Below, one piece after another: positions 61,654 to 64,000 of a DNA stretch of 64,000 nt (within the stretch, counting starts at the first letter, position 1; every line of letters begins with the position of its first letter). This DNA comes from an uncultured Chloroflexia bacterium (GTDB lineage: Bacteria; Chloroflexota; Limnocylindria; QHBO01): positions 784,884 to 848,883 of the forward strand of contig OY969424.1 in NCBI GenBank assembly GCA_963699235.1. Reading direction: 5' to 3'. Position numbers and translations under genes: made by a program. The notes under the pieces are model-generated. The model saw nothing but the letters and a program-made list of their open reading frames with translations, was not told the DNA's origin and ran no database searches.

Positions 61654-63639
61654 ATGGCGGTTCGCGCGCGAGGCCCGATGTTCGGGACCGACTCGGCCGC
61701 GGCGGCCTGGCGACCATCGGCGGACTACCTCGAGCGGAGCCGGCTGCGCCGGTTTCTGACCGATGTCGGCTGCGCCGACCTGGAGGCGCTCCAGGCGCGG
61801 GCGGAGGCCGATCCGGCCTGGTTCTGGTCGGCGGCGGTGGCAGATCTCGGGGTCCGATTCGATAACGAGCCGGAGACGGTGCTGGATGTGTCGCGGGGGC
61901 CGGAGTGGGCCCGCTGGTGGGTCGGGGCCGGGTTCAACTACGTCGCAACTGGCGTGGACCTGCCGGCCGACGTCGCGCCCGCCGACGAGGCGCTGGTCTG
62001 GGAGGGCGAGGACGGCGCGGTCCGCCGCTTCTCACGGGCGCGGCTGCGGGCGGAGGTGGATCGGGCGGCGCGGGCGATGGCTGCGCTGGGAGTGGGCCGC
62101 GGAGACCGGGTGGGGATCTTCATGCCGATGATTCCCGAGACAGTGGTCGCGATCCTGGCGGTCGCGAAGCTGGGGGCCGTCTACACCCCGATCTTCTCCG
62201 GCTACGGCGCGCCGGCGGTGGCCAGCCGGCTGGCCGACTGCGATGCGAAGCTCCTCGTCACCGCCGACGGGTTCTGGCGTCGCGGGAAGGTTGTGGACAT
62301 GAAGGCCGTGGCCGACGCGGCGCTGGCGGAGGCGCCGACCGTGGAGAGATGTCTGGTCGTCCGCCGCTTCGGGATGGCCTCGCGGGACGTGCCGTGGTCT
62401 TCAGGGCGTGACGTGGAGTGGGGGCCGGCGCTCGAGGCGGCGGGGAACGAGCCGCTGGCATCGGTCAAGACCGACGCGAACGACCCCTACATGCTGATCT
62501 ACACCAGTGGCACGACCGGCCGGCCGAAGGGCGCGGTCCATGTCCACGGCGGCTTCCCGCTGAAGAGCGCGGTGGACCTCGCCCACTGCTTTGACCTCCA
62601 GCGCGGCGACGTCCTGTTCTGGTTCACGGACATGGGCTGGATGATGGGTCCGTGGGCGGTGGCCGGCGCCCTGCTGCTGGGTGCTTCGCTGGTCATCTAC
62701 GAGGGCACGCCCGACTTCCCCGGCCCAGACCGACTCTGGGACCTCGTCGAGCGGCACCGGATCACGCATCTCGGGATCAGCCCCACCGCCGTCCGGGCGC
62801 TGATGACCCATGGATCGGAGCCGGTGCAGGCACACGACCGATCCTCCCTGCGCGTCCTGGGGTCAACCGGGGAGCCGTGGAACCCCGACCCGTGGTGGTG
62901 GCTCTTCCGCGAGGTCGGCGAGGAACGGGTGCCGATCATCAACTACTCGGGCGGGACCGAGATCAGCGGCGGGATCGTGGGCTGCACCACGATCACGCCC
63001 ATCGCTCCCTGCTCGTTCGCCGGCCCATGCCCTGGCATGGCAGCCGACGTGGTGGACGCCGAGGGCAACCCGGTCCGAGGGGAAGTGGGGGAGCTGGCCA
63101 TTCGCCAGCCGTGGCCGGGGATGACCCAGGGCTTCTGGCGCGACCCTGATCGGTACCTCGAAGCGTACTGGTCGCGGCTTCCGGGTACCTGGGTCCACGG
63201 CGACTGGGCCCGGATCGACGCCGACGGCTTCTGGTACATCAGCGGCCGCTCCGACGACACGATCAAGGTGGCGGGAAAGCGGATCGGCCCGGCCGAGGTG
63301 GAGTCCGCCGCGGTAGCCCATCCGGCAGTGGTCGAAGCCCTGGCGGTGGGCGTCCCTGACGAGGTGAAGGGGGAGTCCATCGTCCTCTTCGCTGTGGCCC
63401 AGGCAGGGGCCGAAGACGAGGGGGGTCTGGCCGCAGACATCGGCCAGGCGGTGGTGGAGGGCCTGGGCAAGTCGTTCAAGCCGGCCGCGGTCCACCTCGT
63501 GCCGGCGTTGCCCAAAACGCGGAATGGGAAGATCCTGCGCCGCGTGGCCCGCGCGGCATACCTCGATCTCGATCCCGGCGACGTCTCCGCCCTCGAGGAT
63601 CCGACGACCCTCGAGCCCATTCGTGCGGCCCATCGGTGA
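61654..63639 (+). CDS. AMP-forming acyl-CoA synthetase (acetyl/acetoacetyl-CoA synthetase-like)
   Basis: ORF 61654..63639, 661 aa. AMP-binding motif (YTSGTTGRPKG), GWMMGPW, YISGRSDDTIKVAGKRIGPAEVE and the terminal PKTRNGKILRR. Confidence 0.85.
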   Translation: MAVRARGPMFGTDSAAAAWRPSADYLERSRLRRFLTDVGCADLEALQARAEADPAWFWSAAVADLGVRFDNEPETVLDVSRGPEWARWWVGAGFNYVATGVDLPADVAPADEALVWEGEDGAVRRFSRARLRAEVDRAARAMAALGVGRGDRVGIFMPMIPETVVAILAVAKLGAVYTPIFSGYGAPAVASRLADCDAKLLVTADGFWRRGKVVDMKAVADAALAEAPTVERCLVVRRFGMASRDVPWSSGRDVEWGPALEAAGNEPLASVKTDANDPYMLIYTSGTTGRPKGAVHVHGGFPLKSAVDLAHCFDLQRGDVLFWFTDMGWMMGPWAVAGALLLGASLVIYEGTPDFPGPDRLWDLVERHRITHLGISPTAVRALMTHGSEPVQAHDRSSLRVLGSTGEPWNPDPWWWLFREVGEERVPIINYSGGTEISGGIVGCTTITPIAPCSFAGPCPGMAADVVDAEGNPVRGEVGELAIRQPWPGMTQGFWRDPDRYLEAYWSRLPGTWVHGDWARIDADGFWYISGRSDDTIKVAGKRIGPAEVESAAVAHPAVVEALAVGVPDEVKGESIVLFAVAQAGAEDEGGLAADIGQAVVEGLGKSFKPAAVHLVPALPKTRNGKILRRVARAAYLDLDPGDVSALEDPTTLEPIRAAHR

Positions 63640-63646
63640 TCGTGCC

Positions 63647-64000
63647 GTGAGCGCTCGCCGTATCCGCCTGCTCATCGGCTCCGTGGCGGTCGCGCTCATG
63701 TCCGCCTTCCCCGCACGGGTCGCGGCGGTGGATCCGATCATCGGGACGCCGCTGCCGGAGGAGCCGCCTGCGCGAGAGCTCGCCGAGGTGTCCACCGAGG
63801 CGACGTCCTTCGACCTGGACGGCGACGGCGTCGAGGAGCTGGTGGCCGTCGTGGCCCGTGACGGTGCGAGGGGGTTGGCGGCGATCCAGGCATGGTCGGT
63901 CGAGGCTGACGGCACGGTGACACCAACCGAGCCGGGTGGACCTCCGTCGCTCGGCCAGCGTGGACGAGCTCCTGAGCGGCCGGGGCCGGCTCGGTATCGA
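63647..64000 (+). CDS. secreted protein, 5' partial (runs off the window), FG-GAP/VCBS-like DLDGDG motif
   Basis: GTG 63647 opens a frame with a signal peptide (RRIRLLIGSVAVALMSAFPARVAA) and FDLDGDGVEELVAVV. The ORF track does not list it because it has no stop. The frame after about 63925 is uncertain. Confidence 0.45.
   Translation, partial: MSARRIRLLIGSVAVALMSAFPARVAAVDPIIGTPLPEEPPARELAEVSTEATSFDLDGDGVEELVAVVARDGARGLAAIQAWSVEADGTVTPTEPGGPPSLGQRGRAPERPGPARYR

Noticed and set aside
63900-64000. Another frame change near 63925 in the last partial gene (alternative frame reads ..VDLRRSASVDELLSGRGRLGI)
   Set aside because: The sequence is too short and lies at the window edge, so both frames remain plausible.
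1-64000. CRISPR arrays, tRNA/rRNA genes, transposases, integrases, prophage structural genes
   Set aside because: I saw no spaced direct-repeat array, no cloverleaf-like or rRNA-like segment in the intergenic gaps, and no transposase or integrase motif in any ORF. This was a visual scan, not an exhaustive search.

Overview
High-GC, actinobacterial-type chromosomal segment with about 80 recognisable genes. I saw no rRNA, tRNA, CRISPR array, transposase or integrase. Left end: alpha/beta hydrolase, F420-type LLM oxidoreductase, GNAT and moaA. The most unusual part is 4.2-18.9 kb. It holds six co-oriented ECF sigma genes, each overlapping by 4 nt (ATGA/GTGA) the start of a single-pass membrane partner. 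Each partner has a short non-ZAS cytoplasmic N-domain, a Pro/Ser-rich linker and a variable ectodomain. The sigmas fall into two subfamilies, and each subfamily has its own partner N-domain type and its own conserved upstream motif. Small cargo loci lie between the modules: a SnoaL/membrane operon, a secreted helical-repeat protein, a nitroreductase and an amidohydrolase lipoprotein. This array is my best candidate for an undescribed system. Downstream come csp, an OmpR/histidine-kinase pair and a DUF2252 gene, then an accessory stretch. That stretch contains TetR- and MarR-linked oxidoreductases, a lower-GC mosaic of decayed duplicated SpoT-like HD and GIY-YIG-like genes, three type II TA pairs plus a MazF remnant, and an HTH-adenylate cyclase. 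It also contains a DrrAB-like ABC exporter, a DHA2 MFS pump, Ada/Ogt, several F420-family enzymes, a hydrolase-LuxR fusion and a YciI + long sigma pair. The right end is a polyamine-type ABC importer operon with twin binding proteins and a class III aminotransferase, divergent from an acyl-CoA dehydrogenase and an AMP-forming ligase. About 18 apparent single-base frame breaks are scattered over the window. Either the consensus carries indel errors or the region is decaying, so every frameshift-based statement carries that caveat. All calls come from manual reading of the ORF track and sequence; no database search was run.
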